Origin: Bdellovibrio sp.
GTDB taxonomy: Bacteria; Bdellovibrionota; Bdellovibrionia; Bdellovibrionales; Bdellovibrionaceae
DNA: 64,000 bases
Reading direction: 5' to 3'
Assembly (NCBI GenBank): GCA_036677065.1
Contig: JAKFBS010000001.1
Span: 544,001 to 608,000 of the forward strand
The notes under the pieces were generated by a model. It worked only from the letters and a program-made list of their open reading frames with translations. It was not told the DNA's origin and did no database searches. Below are positions 38,285 to 47,723 of this stretch, in pieces (the stretch's first letter is position 1; every line of letters begins with the position of its first letter). The translations under genes and the position numbers were made by a program.

Positions 38285-40315
38285 ATGACACAAATTAAGC
38301 CTCTACAAGTCAAAACTCACTTAGCCAAACATTCTCAATCAAAACCGCAATTCTCTGTCGACGCAAAACTTGCTGACGGAAAAACAGTGGCTCTTGCTGA
38401 TCCAAATGCGACCCGCGCTCTTGTTGCCTTAATGGACATGAATGCCGTGCTTGGCGGAGCAGCTTCACATTACGGCGGCCCTGCAGCTTTAGCTGAACTT
38501 TGGAGTGCGCTACACGGTTATGTTTTCGCTGAAGCGGATAAAAATAAACGTGACTGGTTTGATCTGTTTCACGTGATCAATGATGCCGGCCACTGTGAAA
38601 ATGGGTTGTATGCTTTAAAAGCCAACTACAAAATGGCGGGTCTTGATTTAAATTCACTAAAAAAATTCCGTTCTATTGAATCTAATTTAACTGGCCACGG
38701 TGAAGCGCATTTATTTCCTGAAGGCGTGTACATGAGTAACGGTCCGTTAGGTTCAGCTTTTCCACAATCACAAGGATTAGCTTTAGCTGAAAAATTAGCT
38801 GGCACAAACCGCACGACGATTTGCACACTTTCGGATGGTGCAGCGATGGAAGGCGAAGCTAAAGAAGCCATGGCTGCCGTTGCAGGATTAGCGGCTAAAG
38901 GCAAAGCCGCTCCATTTGTATTAATTATTAGTGATAATAATACAAAATTATCTGGCCGTATTGATGCGGATGCGTTTTCAATGAACCCAACGTTTCAATC
39001 TTTAGAGGCTTTAGGTTGGAAATTAATTAAATTAGAAAAAGGTAATGATTTACAAGCTTGTTTAACAACCATTGAAGATGCTGTGGCTCTTGCGCAAAAA
39101 AATCCAAATCAGCCGGTGGCTATCTGGGCAAAAACTGTAAAAGGGATTGGAACTAAAAAAACTGCAGAATCTGCAAGTGGTGGTCATGGCTTTCCATGTA
39201 AATCGCCTTCTGAATTGCCAGCTTTCTTAGAAGAAATTTATGCCGGCGTTGCATACCCTGAAGTTTTTAAAACTTGGATGGCTGAATTAAACGAAACTGA
39301 AAAACAAATTAAAGCTAATGCTGTACCTGACACGGGTGAAAAAATCCAAAAAGGGATCGCTAAAGCGATGATCAATTGTTTTAAAAAAGGTTTACCGGTT
39401 ATCTCGGTAACTTCAGATTTGCCAGGATCAACTGGTGTTGCTGATTTCAGAAAAGAATTTCCGGCAGCTTCTGTAGATGTGGGTGTTGCTGAAAGTAACA
39501 TGGTTTCTACCGCTGCGGGTTTATCAAAACTTGGTTACATTCCGGTTGTTGATACTTTTGCACAATTTGGTGTAACTAAAGGTGCCTTGCCAATCACGAT
39601 GGCGATGTTATCTGAAGCACCACTAATCGGTGTGTTTTCGCACACTGGTTTTCAAGATGCGGCAGACGGAGCGTCTCACCAGGCTTTAAGTTATATGTCG
39701 ATGTTAGCGACGATTCCAGGAGTTGATTTATACAACTTATCAACAAGTGAAGAAGCAGATGCGATCATGACAGAAGTGATCGAGACTTTTGCTAAAACTG
39801 TTGAAGCTGGTAAAACTCCGCACACGAGCATTTTCTTTTTAGGCCGTGAAAATTTTCCGAAATCTTATTCGATAGAAACAAATAAATTAACTTACAAGGC
39901 TGCAGAACCACAAATCGTGCGTCAACATATGATTGGCGCTAAAAATACGATGATCATTACTTCTGGATCTTTAGTAGGCGAGGCTATTAAGGCTTCACAA
40001 GAGCTAGAGAAAAAAGGCGTTGGATCTATTGTTGTAAATTTAAATTCATTAAATCGTTTAAATGTTTCAACGTTAAAACCACTTGTGAAAAAATGTGAAG
40101 GCCGCATTGTTACTGTTGAAGATCACCAAGTGCTTTTAGGTTTAGGATCGTTCGTAAGCCATCAGTTGGTGCAATCAGGTGAATTTATCACGATGAAATC
40201 ACTAGGTGTTCACGGTGAATTCGGACAATCTGCTTACAACGCGATTGATCTGTATCGTAAACACGGTATGGACAGCTCTGCGATCGCAAAGGCGGCCACT
40301 GAATTATTAGGTTAA
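38285..40315 (+). CDS. Transketolase-like ThDP enzyme (single chain)
   Basis: SDGAAMEG...DNN ThDP motif, KTVKG, VGVAESNM, DGASHQ and TVEDH motifs. Confidence 0.88.
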   Translation: MTQIKPLQVKTHLAKHSQSKPQFSVDAKLADGKTVALADPNATRALVALMDMNAVLGGAASHYGGPAALAELWSALHGYVFAEADKNKRDWFDLFHVINDAGHCENGLYALKANYKMAGLDLNSLKKFRSIESNLTGHGEAHLFPEGVYMSNGPLGSAFPQSQGLALAEKLAGTNRTTICTLSDGAAMEGEAKEAMAAVAGLAAKGKAAPFVLIISDNNTKLSGRIDADAFSMNPTFQSLEALGWKLIKLEKGNDLQACLTTIEDAVALAQKNPNQPVAIWAKTVKGIGTKKTAESASGGHGFPCKSPSELPAFLEEIYAGVAYPEVFKTWMAELNETEKQIKANAVPDTGEKIQKGIAKAMINCFKKGLPVISVTSDLPGSTGVADFRKEFPAASVDVGVAESNMVSTAAGLSKLGYIPVVDTFAQFGVTKGALPITMAMLSEAPLIGVFSHTGFQDAADGASHQALSYMSMLATIPGVDLYNLSTSEEADAIMTEVIETFAKTVEAGKTPHTSIFFLGRENFPKSYSIETNKLTYKAAEPQIVRQHMIGAKNTMIITSGSLVGEAIKASQELEKKGVGSIVVNLNSLNRLNVSTLKPLVKKCEGRIVTVEDHQVLLGLGSFVSHQLVQSGEFITMKSLGVHGEFGQSAYNAIDLYRKHGMDSSAIAKAATELLG

Positions 40316-40372
40316 TAACGGGGCAGCTTGCCCTGTGGTTTAGATTCAAATTAAATACATGCGAGATCATTA

Positions 40373-40388
40373 TGGTGCAGTGCTTGCA
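40373..40388 (+). promoter_or_regulatory. Sigma54-type promoter
   Basis: TGG-TGCAGTGCTT-GCA, with GG-N10-GC spacing and TTGC, about 40 bp upstream of the OmpA-domain gene. Confidence 0.55.
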
Positions 40389-40427
40389 CCAGAGTTTACT
40401 TCGAAAAATTAACATTCGGAGGTTCGC

Positions 40428-41807
40428 ATGAATTCTTTAAAAAAAATCACATTAACAATCGCACTTTTATTTCTGGCAGGATGTGCAACAAGTTTAAAAC
40501 CTGTTGAATTTGCTGCAGACGCTGATCCAAATAATGAGATCAATCGCTTAGAGCAAGATATCCGTTCTGCTCGCAGCGAGCAAACTGATATGGCCTCGCC
40601 GAAATCGTTTAAGATGGCTGAAAAATATTTAGCCGACGCTCAGAAAAGCCGTGCGAAAAATAATTCGTCTCACGATATCTTAAAAGAAGTTAGCTATGGA
40701 AGAGCTGCATTAAATCAGGCGCAAACGGCCCAAGACTTAACCGAAAATGAGTTCTCTGATATATCGCAGGCTCGTGATGCGGCCATTGCGGCAGGAGCTG
40801 CAGACTTTCAAGAGCGTGACCTTAAAAAAGCCGATGCTGATTTTAAAGATATAACTGAAGATTTTGAAAGTGAAGCGATCAAACAATCTGCGCAAGGTAA
40901 AACGCCAATGTCGTTTTCACAAGTTTCGTTAAGTAAACGTGATGCTTTAAAAAGAAATTACGCAAAATTAGAATTAGAATCGCTGACGAGTAAACATTTA
41001 GGTCGTGCGCAAGGTATGATTGAAATGGCTGAAAAAAATCAGGCTTCCAGTTATGCACCTAAGACTTTGAATTCAGCGCGAACTAAATACAGAGATGCAC
41101 AAATGGTGATTTCAAATAACCGCCAGGATATTGCGGCGATTGAAGTGGCTGCGCACGAAGCTAACATGGAAGCTGAAAAATTATTACGCGTAACCAATAC
41201 GGCAAGGTCTGCAAAAGGTTTAAGTACTGAAGATCTTGCTCTGGATATCGAAGAAAAAAAAGATGCTTTATCTGAAGCCGAGATGACAGCCGAAGAACGC
41301 GCGCAGATGATCAAAGATCGTAATGCGCAATTAGCCGGAGCATTGAATGAAAATCAAGAATACCGCCGTAAAGCTGAATTTGATGAAACGCTAGCTAAAG
41401 CGCAAAAAACGTTTTCTAAAGATGAAGCTGATGTTTACCGTGAAGGTGATAAAATTTTAATTCGTTTGAAATCAGCAAACTTTATCTCGGGCAGAGCAGA
41501 TGTCAGTCAAAAGGCTTATCCTGTTTTAGGTAAGGTAAAAGATCTTTTAAGTGAAGTTGGCGCAGAAGATGTCGTGATTGAAGGCCACACTGATGTGACT
41601 GGTTCAAAAGATGTGAATATGAAGTTGTCAAAAGAGCGTGCTGACGCTGTAGCTGCGTATTTAACTAACAATACGGATATTAAACCAGAACAAATTACGA
41701 CTGAAGGTTTAGGCTTTGATAAACCATTAGCTCCCAATAATACCAAACAAGGCCGCGCGCAAAATCGTCGCGTCGATATTATCGTAACGCCATCGGTGGT
41801 TCGTTAA
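40428..41807 (+). CDS. OmpA-family peptidoglycan-binding lipoprotein with helical N-terminal repeats
   Basis: Lipobox LAGC; IEGHTD..G....N.KLS..RA and GRAQNRRVDI motifs; GGAGG RBS. Confidence 0.92.
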   Translation: MNSLKKITLTIALLFLAGCATSLKPVEFAADADPNNEINRLEQDIRSARSEQTDMASPKSFKMAEKYLADAQKSRAKNNSSHDILKEVSYGRAALNQAQTAQDLTENEFSDISQARDAAIAAGAADFQERDLKKADADFKDITEDFESEAIKQSAQGKTPMSFSQVSLSKRDALKRNYAKLELESLTSKHLGRAQGMIEMAEKNQASSYAPKTLNSARTKYRDAQMVISNNRQDIAAIEVAAHEANMEAEKLLRVTNTARSAKGLSTEDLALDIEEKKDALSEAEMTAEERAQMIKDRNAQLAGALNENQEYRRKAEFDETLAKAQKTFSKDEADVYREGDKILIRLKSANFISGRADVSQKAYPVLGKVKDLLSEVGAEDVVIEGHTDVTGSKDVNMKLSKERADAVAAYLTNNTDIKPEQITTEGLGFDKPLAPNNTKQGRAQNRRVDIIVTPSVVR

Positions 41808-43081
41808 TTGTGAGTTGGAGTTGTTTTTACAGGGGGAGCCTGATCTTCTTCAGGCTCTTCAGATAAATCTTCTGCAGAGTCAAAACGACGGTCTTCGCGT
41901 GGACGGTAAAGAACTTCTTCTTTTTCTCGCATCCAGAATACGAAATCCTGTGCCGTTAATTCACCAGACATTAAACCTAATTTAAGAGCTAAATCAAAGT
42001 GATGATTGGCAAGAAGTGCGCGTTTGCGGCGTTCACCTTTTTTTAGGTATTGATCGTGTTTTGTTAAGGCGTGAATCAATTGCATTGATAATTCGATGGC
42101 AATCAATTCAGCTTTGAAAACACCAAGTTCATCTTTGCAAAAAATCTGAAAACTTTGTTTTTCTGAAACTTCGTTGATATTAAAATTATAACCGTATTCA
42201 GCAATTAAAAAGGCATACAGAACGGCGCCGAAAAGTTCGATCGGATCATGCATGTTGATATCAACGACTTCTAAGCGGCGTAATAAACTTAAAAACTCTT
42301 CAACTTTCGCCGTATCAGTAAATAACGTTTCAAAACCTGGAATTACGGCTTTAAAAACGCCTAGGTCGTGCATTTCCCATAAGGCTAATTCAGGGTTGTA
42401 GAGCCTGAAAAATTTCAGCCATTCTTCGCGGCGACGAGGAAGAACTGTTTTTTTAAGCTCTTCGATGTTTTCCAAAATTGATTTGCGAAGTTCGGTTTCG
42501 ATTTTGAAACTTAATTTTTGCGATAGGCGAATCGCGCGTAAAATACGAATTGGATCTTCTTTAAGGCGCACATGCGGGTCTCCGATCACACGTAGTGTGC
42601 GAGACGCGATATCATCAAGGCCTCCGCAGTAGTCGACTAGGTCTTCTGATAACGGATCATAAAATAAAGCGTTCACTGTGAAATCACGGCGAAAAGAATC
42701 TTCTTTTAGATTTCCGAAAAAATTATCTGCTGTCATTGCGGCCACAGATTCAGTATCGACAGAATTTAATTCATCTTGGGTAGCTTCACGGCGGTATGTG
42801 GCCACTTCAAAAATTTTTTCGCCACGTTTTGCATGCACTAATTTGAAACGACGGCCGATGATAAAACAGTAGGGAACCTTGCGTTTTACTTCGTTAGGTA
42901 AGGCGTTCGTTGCGATATCAAAGTCTTTTGGTTTTAAGCCGACTAACAAATCGCGCACTCCGCCACCAACTAAGTAACCATCAAACTTGTTATCTTTTAG
43001 CTTTTTGATAATGCCGATCGCTTGCGGATCAATGTCCGTATAGGCTTTTCTTAAAATATCTTTAAATTTTTGGATCGACAT
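41804..43081 (-). CDS. pcnB: Poly(A) polymerase
   Basis: LVGGGVRDLL...PKDFDIAT, IIGRRFKLVH (PAP signature), RRDFTVNA and EDPIRILRA motifs. Confidence 0.9.
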   Translation of the reverse strand: MSIQKFKDILRKAYTDIDPQAIGIIKKLKDNKFDGYLVGGGVRDLLVGLKPKDFDIATNALPNEVKRKVPYCFIIGRRFKLVHAKRGEKIFEVATYRREATQDELNSVDTESVAAMTADNFFGNLKEDSFRRDFTVNALFYDPLSEDLVDYCGGLDDIASRTLRVIGDPHVRLKEDPIRILRAIRLSQKLSFKIETELRKSILENIEELKKTVLPRRREEWLKFFRLYNPELALWEMHDLGVFKAVIPGFETLFTDTAKVEEFLSLLRRLEVVDINMHDPIELFGAVLYAFLIAEYGYNFNINEVSEKQSFQIFCKDELGVFKAELIAIELSMQLIHALTKHDQYLKKGERRKRALLANHHFDLALKLGLMSGELTAQDFVFWMREKEEVLYRPREDRRFDSAEDLSEEPEEDQAPPVKTTPTHN

Positions 43082-43139
43082 ATATCAGATTATTTTTTAA
43101 TTGAGGAAAGGGTTACAGTCGAGTACTTACTTTAACTAA

Positions 43140-43961
43140 ATGAGTTTTTTATCTAATTTCCATTACGCAATTCTGGGCACGAACACGCAAGAGCGTGTGG
43201 TTTTCATTCACGGTTTGATGGCCTTTGCAGCAAACTGGAGAAAGATTGCTAATCGTTTAGAAGATGATTTTCAGTGCTTGATTTATGACCAACGTGGCCA
43301 TGGACGCTCATTCAAACCAGAAACTGGGTATAGTCCTGAGATCTTCGCTGAAGATTTAGACAAAATAACGACTGAACTTGGTTGGGATAGCTTTCATTTG
43401 GTGGGGCATTCAATGGGCGGGCGCAATGCCATGGTCTTTGCCAACCTGTATCCTGAAAAAGTAAGAACCTTAACCATTGAAGACATGGGTCCTGATTCAG
43501 ATCCGGCGATGCGTGGCTATTATGAAAATATGTTGGGGCATATTCCGACTCCATTTGCTGATAAATCGGCTGTAAAATATTTTTTCGAGAATGAATTTAA
43601 AAAAGCATTTGCGTCTAAAGAGCCTCCTGCCGTGCTTTCAACTTTTTTGCAGGCGAACTTAGAAGAAAAAGCGGATGGCAGTTATGATTGGCGCTTTTCT
43701 AAACACGCCGTGTTTGAAATTACACGCGAGGGCCATTTAAAAGACCGTTGGCTTGAAGTGAGCAGCTTTAAAATGCCGGTACTTTTAATTCGTGGTGAAA
43801 ATTCGCACATTCTTAAACAAGAAACCTTTGATAAAATGCTCGCTGTGAATCCAAATATTCAGGGGATTGAGCTTGCTGGCGCGGGTCACTGGGTGCATTA
43901 CGAAAAATTCGAAGAATTTGTTCAAGCCTTTCGTAAATTTGTGAATGAGAGCAACGCGTAA
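43140..43961 (+). CDS. Alpha/beta hydrolase (esterase-like)
   Basis: IHGL, DQRGHGRS, GHSMGG and AGHWVH motifs. Confidence 0.9.
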   Translation: MSFLSNFHYAILGTNTQERVVFIHGLMAFAANWRKIANRLEDDFQCLIYDQRGHGRSFKPETGYSPEIFAEDLDKITTELGWDSFHLVGHSMGGRNAMVFANLYPEKVRTLTIEDMGPDSDPAMRGYYENMLGHIPTPFADKSAVKYFFENEFKKAFASKEPPAVLSTFLQANLEEKADGSYDWRFSKHAVFEITREGHLKDRWLEVSSFKMPVLLIRGENSHILKQETFDKMLAVNPNIQGIELAGAGHWVHYEKFEEFVQAFRKFVNESNA

Positions 43962-44007
43962 CAATAAGCGTGACTACGCCCCTCTAAAGACTTACAAAAA
44001 AGGCTGA

Positions 44008-45657
44008 ATGAAATACGTAGACCTAAATCTGGACAGCCGCTTACAAACTAACATCTCTAATCTTGGATACGTTGATGCAACGCCAATCCAAGTCCAAGCC
44101 TTCGAACCGATTATTTCGGGTAAAGATGTGGCGGGTCTTGCACAAACTGGAACTGGAAAAACGGCAGCGTTTTTAATTCCAATTATTGAACGCATTTTAA
44201 AAGCAGAGACTAACCCTGAAAGCGAACGTGCTTTTGTCGACTGGAAAGCTTTCAATCAAGTTTTGATTTTAGTTCCAACGCGCGAATTAGCCGATCAAAT
44301 TCATGAGAACATTTTAAAACTGACTGCGGGCACTGGTTTAAAATCAGCAACATTTTACGGTGGCACCGGATACGACAAACAAAAAGAAGCGTTATCAGGC
44401 AATTTACAATTTATGGTTTCAACGCCAGGCCGCTTAATTGATCTGTATAAAGAGCACCATGTAGACTTTAAAAAAGTAAAAGCGATTATTTTTGATGAAG
44501 CAGATCGTATGTTTGATATGGGTTTTAAAGATGATATGAAATACATCTTAAGCCGTATCGAACGCACTCGTCAGTTCTTAGTGTTTTCTGCCACTTTAAA
44601 TTTTGATGTGTTAAATACTGCGTATCAATTTGGTTCTGAGCCTGTTGAAATTAATATTTCAAAAGATGTGGCTAAAGCCGAAAATGTAAAAGATATGATT
44701 TATCACGTTGGAAATGCTGAAAAGCCTCAGTACTTGCTTTCGATTTTCAAAAAAGAAAAACCTACGCAAACAATTATTTTTACAAATTTCAAAAACAACG
44801 TCGATCGCGTAGCGCATTTTTTAACAGATAACCAAATTCCTGCTATGGGGATTTCAAGTTTGATGTCACAAGCGCAACGCACGCAAGTGATCTCTAAATT
44901 TAAAGAATCAAATAATCAAAACGTTTTAGTGGCTACGGATGTAGCTGCGCGCGGCTTAGATATTTCTGATGTGGATTTAGTTGTGAATTACGAATTACCT
45001 CAGGATTGTGAATCTTACGTTCACCGTATCGGTCGTACAGGCCGCGCGGGTAAAGAAGGTAAAGCATTTTCATTGGTGAGTGATCGCGATGTTGAGTCGT
45101 TATATCGCATTGAAGAATTCACTAAAAAGAAAATTGAAACTGGTTATCTTGAAGACGTTGAATTAGTTAAAGACTTTAAAGCTTTAACTGATCATGAACC
45201 TAAATTTAAAAAATCATTTGATCGTAAACCACAAGGTGGCGGCAGATCAGGTGGCCGTCCAGAACGTGGTGGTAAACCAGGTTTCAACAGAGACCATGAT
45301 GGTAAAGCTCACGCGGGACCTCGTCGCGAGGGTGGCGAACATCGCCATGATGGTCCGAAAAAACATCCGCATCCACGTGAAGATCGTCCTCGGGATGATC
45401 GCCCACGCGACGAACGTCACCCAGACAATCGTCCCAGACATGATAAAAAACCAATGCATCCTAAGCATGAAGGTGTAAAACACGATGCTCATGGTAAGGG
45501 AAAACCTAAACATGATCATAAACGTCCGCACCCTAAAGCAAATGGCGTAACACCAGGTCACTTAGTGCATAAGCGCACGGGATCACACCGTAAGCCTGTA
45601 CCTCAGACCGGTCTAGTTAACTCTGTGAAGTCGTTTTTCAAGAAGTTATTTACTTAA
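44008..45657 (+). CDS. DEAD-box RNA helicase (RhlB-like) with charged C-terminal tail
   Basis: AQTGTGKT, PTRELA, TPGRL, DEADRM, SAT, TDVAARGLD and HRIGRTGRAG motifs. Confidence 0.95.
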   Translation: MKYVDLNLDSRLQTNISNLGYVDATPIQVQAFEPIISGKDVAGLAQTGTGKTAAFLIPIIERILKAETNPESERAFVDWKAFNQVLILVPTRELADQIHENILKLTAGTGLKSATFYGGTGYDKQKEALSGNLQFMVSTPGRLIDLYKEHHVDFKKVKAIIFDEADRMFDMGFKDDMKYILSRIERTRQFLVFSATLNFDVLNTAYQFGSEPVEINISKDVAKAENVKDMIYHVGNAEKPQYLLSIFKKEKPTQTIIFTNFKNNVDRVAHFLTDNQIPAMGISSLMSQAQRTQVISKFKESNNQNVLVATDVAARGLDISDVDLVVNYELPQDCESYVHRIGRTGRAGKEGKAFSLVSDRDVESLYRIEEFTKKKIETGYLEDVELVKDFKALTDHEPKFKKSFDRKPQGGGRSGGRPERGGKPGFNRDHDGKAHAGPRREGGEHRHDGPKKHPHPREDRPRDDRPRDERHPDNRPRHDKKPMHPKHEGVKHDAHGKGKPKHDHKRPHPKANGVTPGHLVHKRTGSHRKPVPQTGLVNSVKSFFKKLFT

Positions 45658-45679
45658 ATTTTATTTACACTAAAGGTGT

Positions 45680-47011
45680 ATGAAAAAAAGTATTCTGACC
45701 ATTTTGTTAATGGCGGCTTTGCCGTCATTCGTTTTTGCCCAAGAAGACCCTATTCAGATGATGAAGTTAACTTCAAATTACATCGTTCGTAATTTGAATG
45801 GTGATCAAGTCTGTAACTTACCAAAAGGTGCTGCTGTCGGTATTGTTGGTGTAGCACCAGATGGCCAGCGTTTAAAAATTATGGCCTTAACGGGTCCATG
45901 TGCTGGAGTAATGAATGGTTTTGTCTATGTGAATTATCTTCGCCCGGCTTCAAAAACAGTGGATAAATACACTGAAACAGCGATGGTTGAAACCGCCGGC
46001 TTAAGTTTACGTAAAGAGCCAAGTGTTGAAGATGGAACACATTCTTGCAGTTTACCTGCGAACACGAAATTAAATATTATCGGTGAAGTGCAAAAACGCA
46101 GTCGTTGGGTGCAAGTTGAAATTCCAAATCCTCCGAAAGGTTGTCCAGCGACCGGTTGGGTTTCGGCCAGTTATTTAAAACCTGATTTCGATTTAAAGAC
46201 TTTACCGGTAATTAAAGGTCAGGCCTTAACTGAAGCTCGCACTCCAAAAGATTGTACTGATTGCGATCAGGGTGAAACTTCTGGCGGTAAAAAATCAGAA
46301 GTTAAAAAAACTGTTGAAACGGCTCAGCAGATTGAAAAATTTGTAAATCAACCCCCAGAACTTGCGGCTGGAGTTCCATCTCCATTTACAGAGTTTGCTA
46401 AAGAATTGCAGCGTACAAAAAAATGTCCGAATCCAAAACAATCTGATTACAAATGTAACCGCGGTTTAATGCAAATGCCTGCTGAAGGCAATGCCGGCTT
46501 CTGCGGAACTCATCACTATACGCCAGATCGTCCTCCTGGAGTTGATACGCACGCAGCTCCGCACACAGCCTGTTCATTACTAGCTGTGGCGCAAGAATGG
46601 AAAAAGACGGCGTGTCCGAATGACAATGCCGGATGTAAAATTGCTTGGGGAGACATCTCGCATACAACGCGTCCTTTATTTAATAAACACAAAGAGCACA
46701 CGCGCGGTGAATGTATTGATATTCGCCCATTTAATACGGGATCATTTCGTGATGCCGGTCGTACGGTGACTGCAAGTGATTATGACCGTGCAAAGACCAC
46801 AGAATTTTTAAAACTAGCAAAAAAACACGGCGCAGATATTCGCTACAGTGATCGTAAACTAATGAATGCAAATAAAGATCTTGGTATTGCGTGGGGCGGA
46901 TCAGCGCATGCCAATCACATGCATATCTGTTTTGAAGCTTCTAATTCAAAAGTGCAGGCAGCCTGCAATAACTTAACGGTGGATCCAAGAGTATGTTCAG
47001 AAGTTCAGTAA
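45680..47011 (+). CDS. Secreted SH3b-like + MepA-like zinc peptidoglycan endopeptidase
   Basis: Signal peptide; two SH3-like repeats ending GFVYVNYL and GWVSASYL; GDIS...HKEHTRGECID...HANHMHI LAS-type Zn motif. Confidence 0.78.
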   Translation: MKKSILTILLMAALPSFVFAQEDPIQMMKLTSNYIVRNLNGDQVCNLPKGAAVGIVGVAPDGQRLKIMALTGPCAGVMNGFVYVNYLRPASKTVDKYTETAMVETAGLSLRKEPSVEDGTHSCSLPANTKLNIIGEVQKRSRWVQVEIPNPPKGCPATGWVSASYLKPDFDLKTLPVIKGQALTEARTPKDCTDCDQGETSGGKKSEVKKTVETAQQIEKFVNQPPELAAGVPSPFTEFAKELQRTKKCPNPKQSDYKCNRGLMQMPAEGNAGFCGTHHYTPDRPPGVDTHAAPHTACSLLAVAQEWKKTACPNDNAGCKIAWGDISHTTRPLFNKHKEHTRGECIDIRPFNTGSFRDAGRTVTASDYDRAKTTEFLKLAKKHGADIRYSDRKLMNANKDLGIAWGGSAHANHMHICFEASNSKVQAACNNLTVDPRVCSEVQ

Positions 47012-47445
47012 TTTTAGCGTCATTAAGTTTAATGTTACATGCTCAAAGTGCTTTAGCTGTGGGGGCTTGTGATAATTTCGTAAAAGCTTACAGCGAATAC
47101 ACACAAAAAGTCGAAGGTAAGATCGTAAAAAAACATTCGATCTTTGAAATGACCGATTGGGCCCGTAACAGTCGCTTTCAAGGTTTAGTTCTAACCGAAA
47201 AAGCTCCGGCCAATGCCGAAGTGATCTTAGAATCTAAATTAAGTAGTAAAGCTAAAACAGTGACAACGAAAACTAAAAAAAATACTCCCTTCGCTCAAGA
47301 CGAAAAATATCGTGTGGTTGAATTAGATTTAACGAAACAATTAGGTTCAGCGCCCACGCAAGAGGGCAGTTATACAGTCAAAGTCTTAGCTGATGGCAAA
47401 GAAGTTTGCTCAGAAAAAAAATTAATCTACAACGATGGTGATTAA
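46993..47445 (+). CDS. Small secreted hypothetical protein
   Basis: Signal peptide; start overlaps the upstream gene by 19 bp; Ig-like GSYTVKV end. Confidence 0.7.
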   Translation: MFRSSVILASLSLMLHAQSALAVGACDNFVKAYSEYTQKVEGKIVKKHSIFEMTDWARNSRFQGLVLTEKAPANAEVILESKLSSKAKTVTTKTKKNTPFAQDEKYRVVELDLTKQLGSAPTQEGSYTVKVLADGKEVCSEKKLIYNDGD

Positions 47446-47552
47446 ATTATTTGCGAGGCACTCTTAAGCCGGAAGTTGCCCGTCGTCAGAAGGCGTCGAC
47501 TGACTAGATCTCCTACGTCATTATATTATTCGTAATATCTTAGATTAAAACA

Positions 47553-47608
47553 CTCTGTATTTGGGTTTACACTTTTTAACCGAATAAAGTGTAAACCCAA
47601 ATACAGAG
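47553..47608. repeat. Perfect 23-bp inverted repeat with 10-nt loop
   Basis: CTCTGTATTTGGGTTTACACTTT-ttaaccgaat-AAAGTGTAAACCCAAATACAGAG. Confidence 0.9.
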
Positions 47609-47672
47609 CGTGAAAAAAGAGAAGCCAAAGCTCTTGTCTACAATCCACCGAAAAAAATTACATTTTAGGCAT

Positions 47673-47703
47673 AAAAAAAGGGAGCTATCAAAGCTCCCTT
47701 TTT
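47673..47703. terminator. Bidirectional intrinsic terminator
   Basis: AAAAAAAGGGAGCT-atcaa-AGCTCCCTTTTT. Confidence 0.85.
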
Positions 47704-47723
47704 ATTTTGTTTTTCGTTAATTA

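Noticed and set aside
47553..47608. Inverted repeat as IS terminal repeats or a CRISPR repeat
   Set aside because: Arms are only 10 nt apart; no transposase, target duplication or additional copies in the window.
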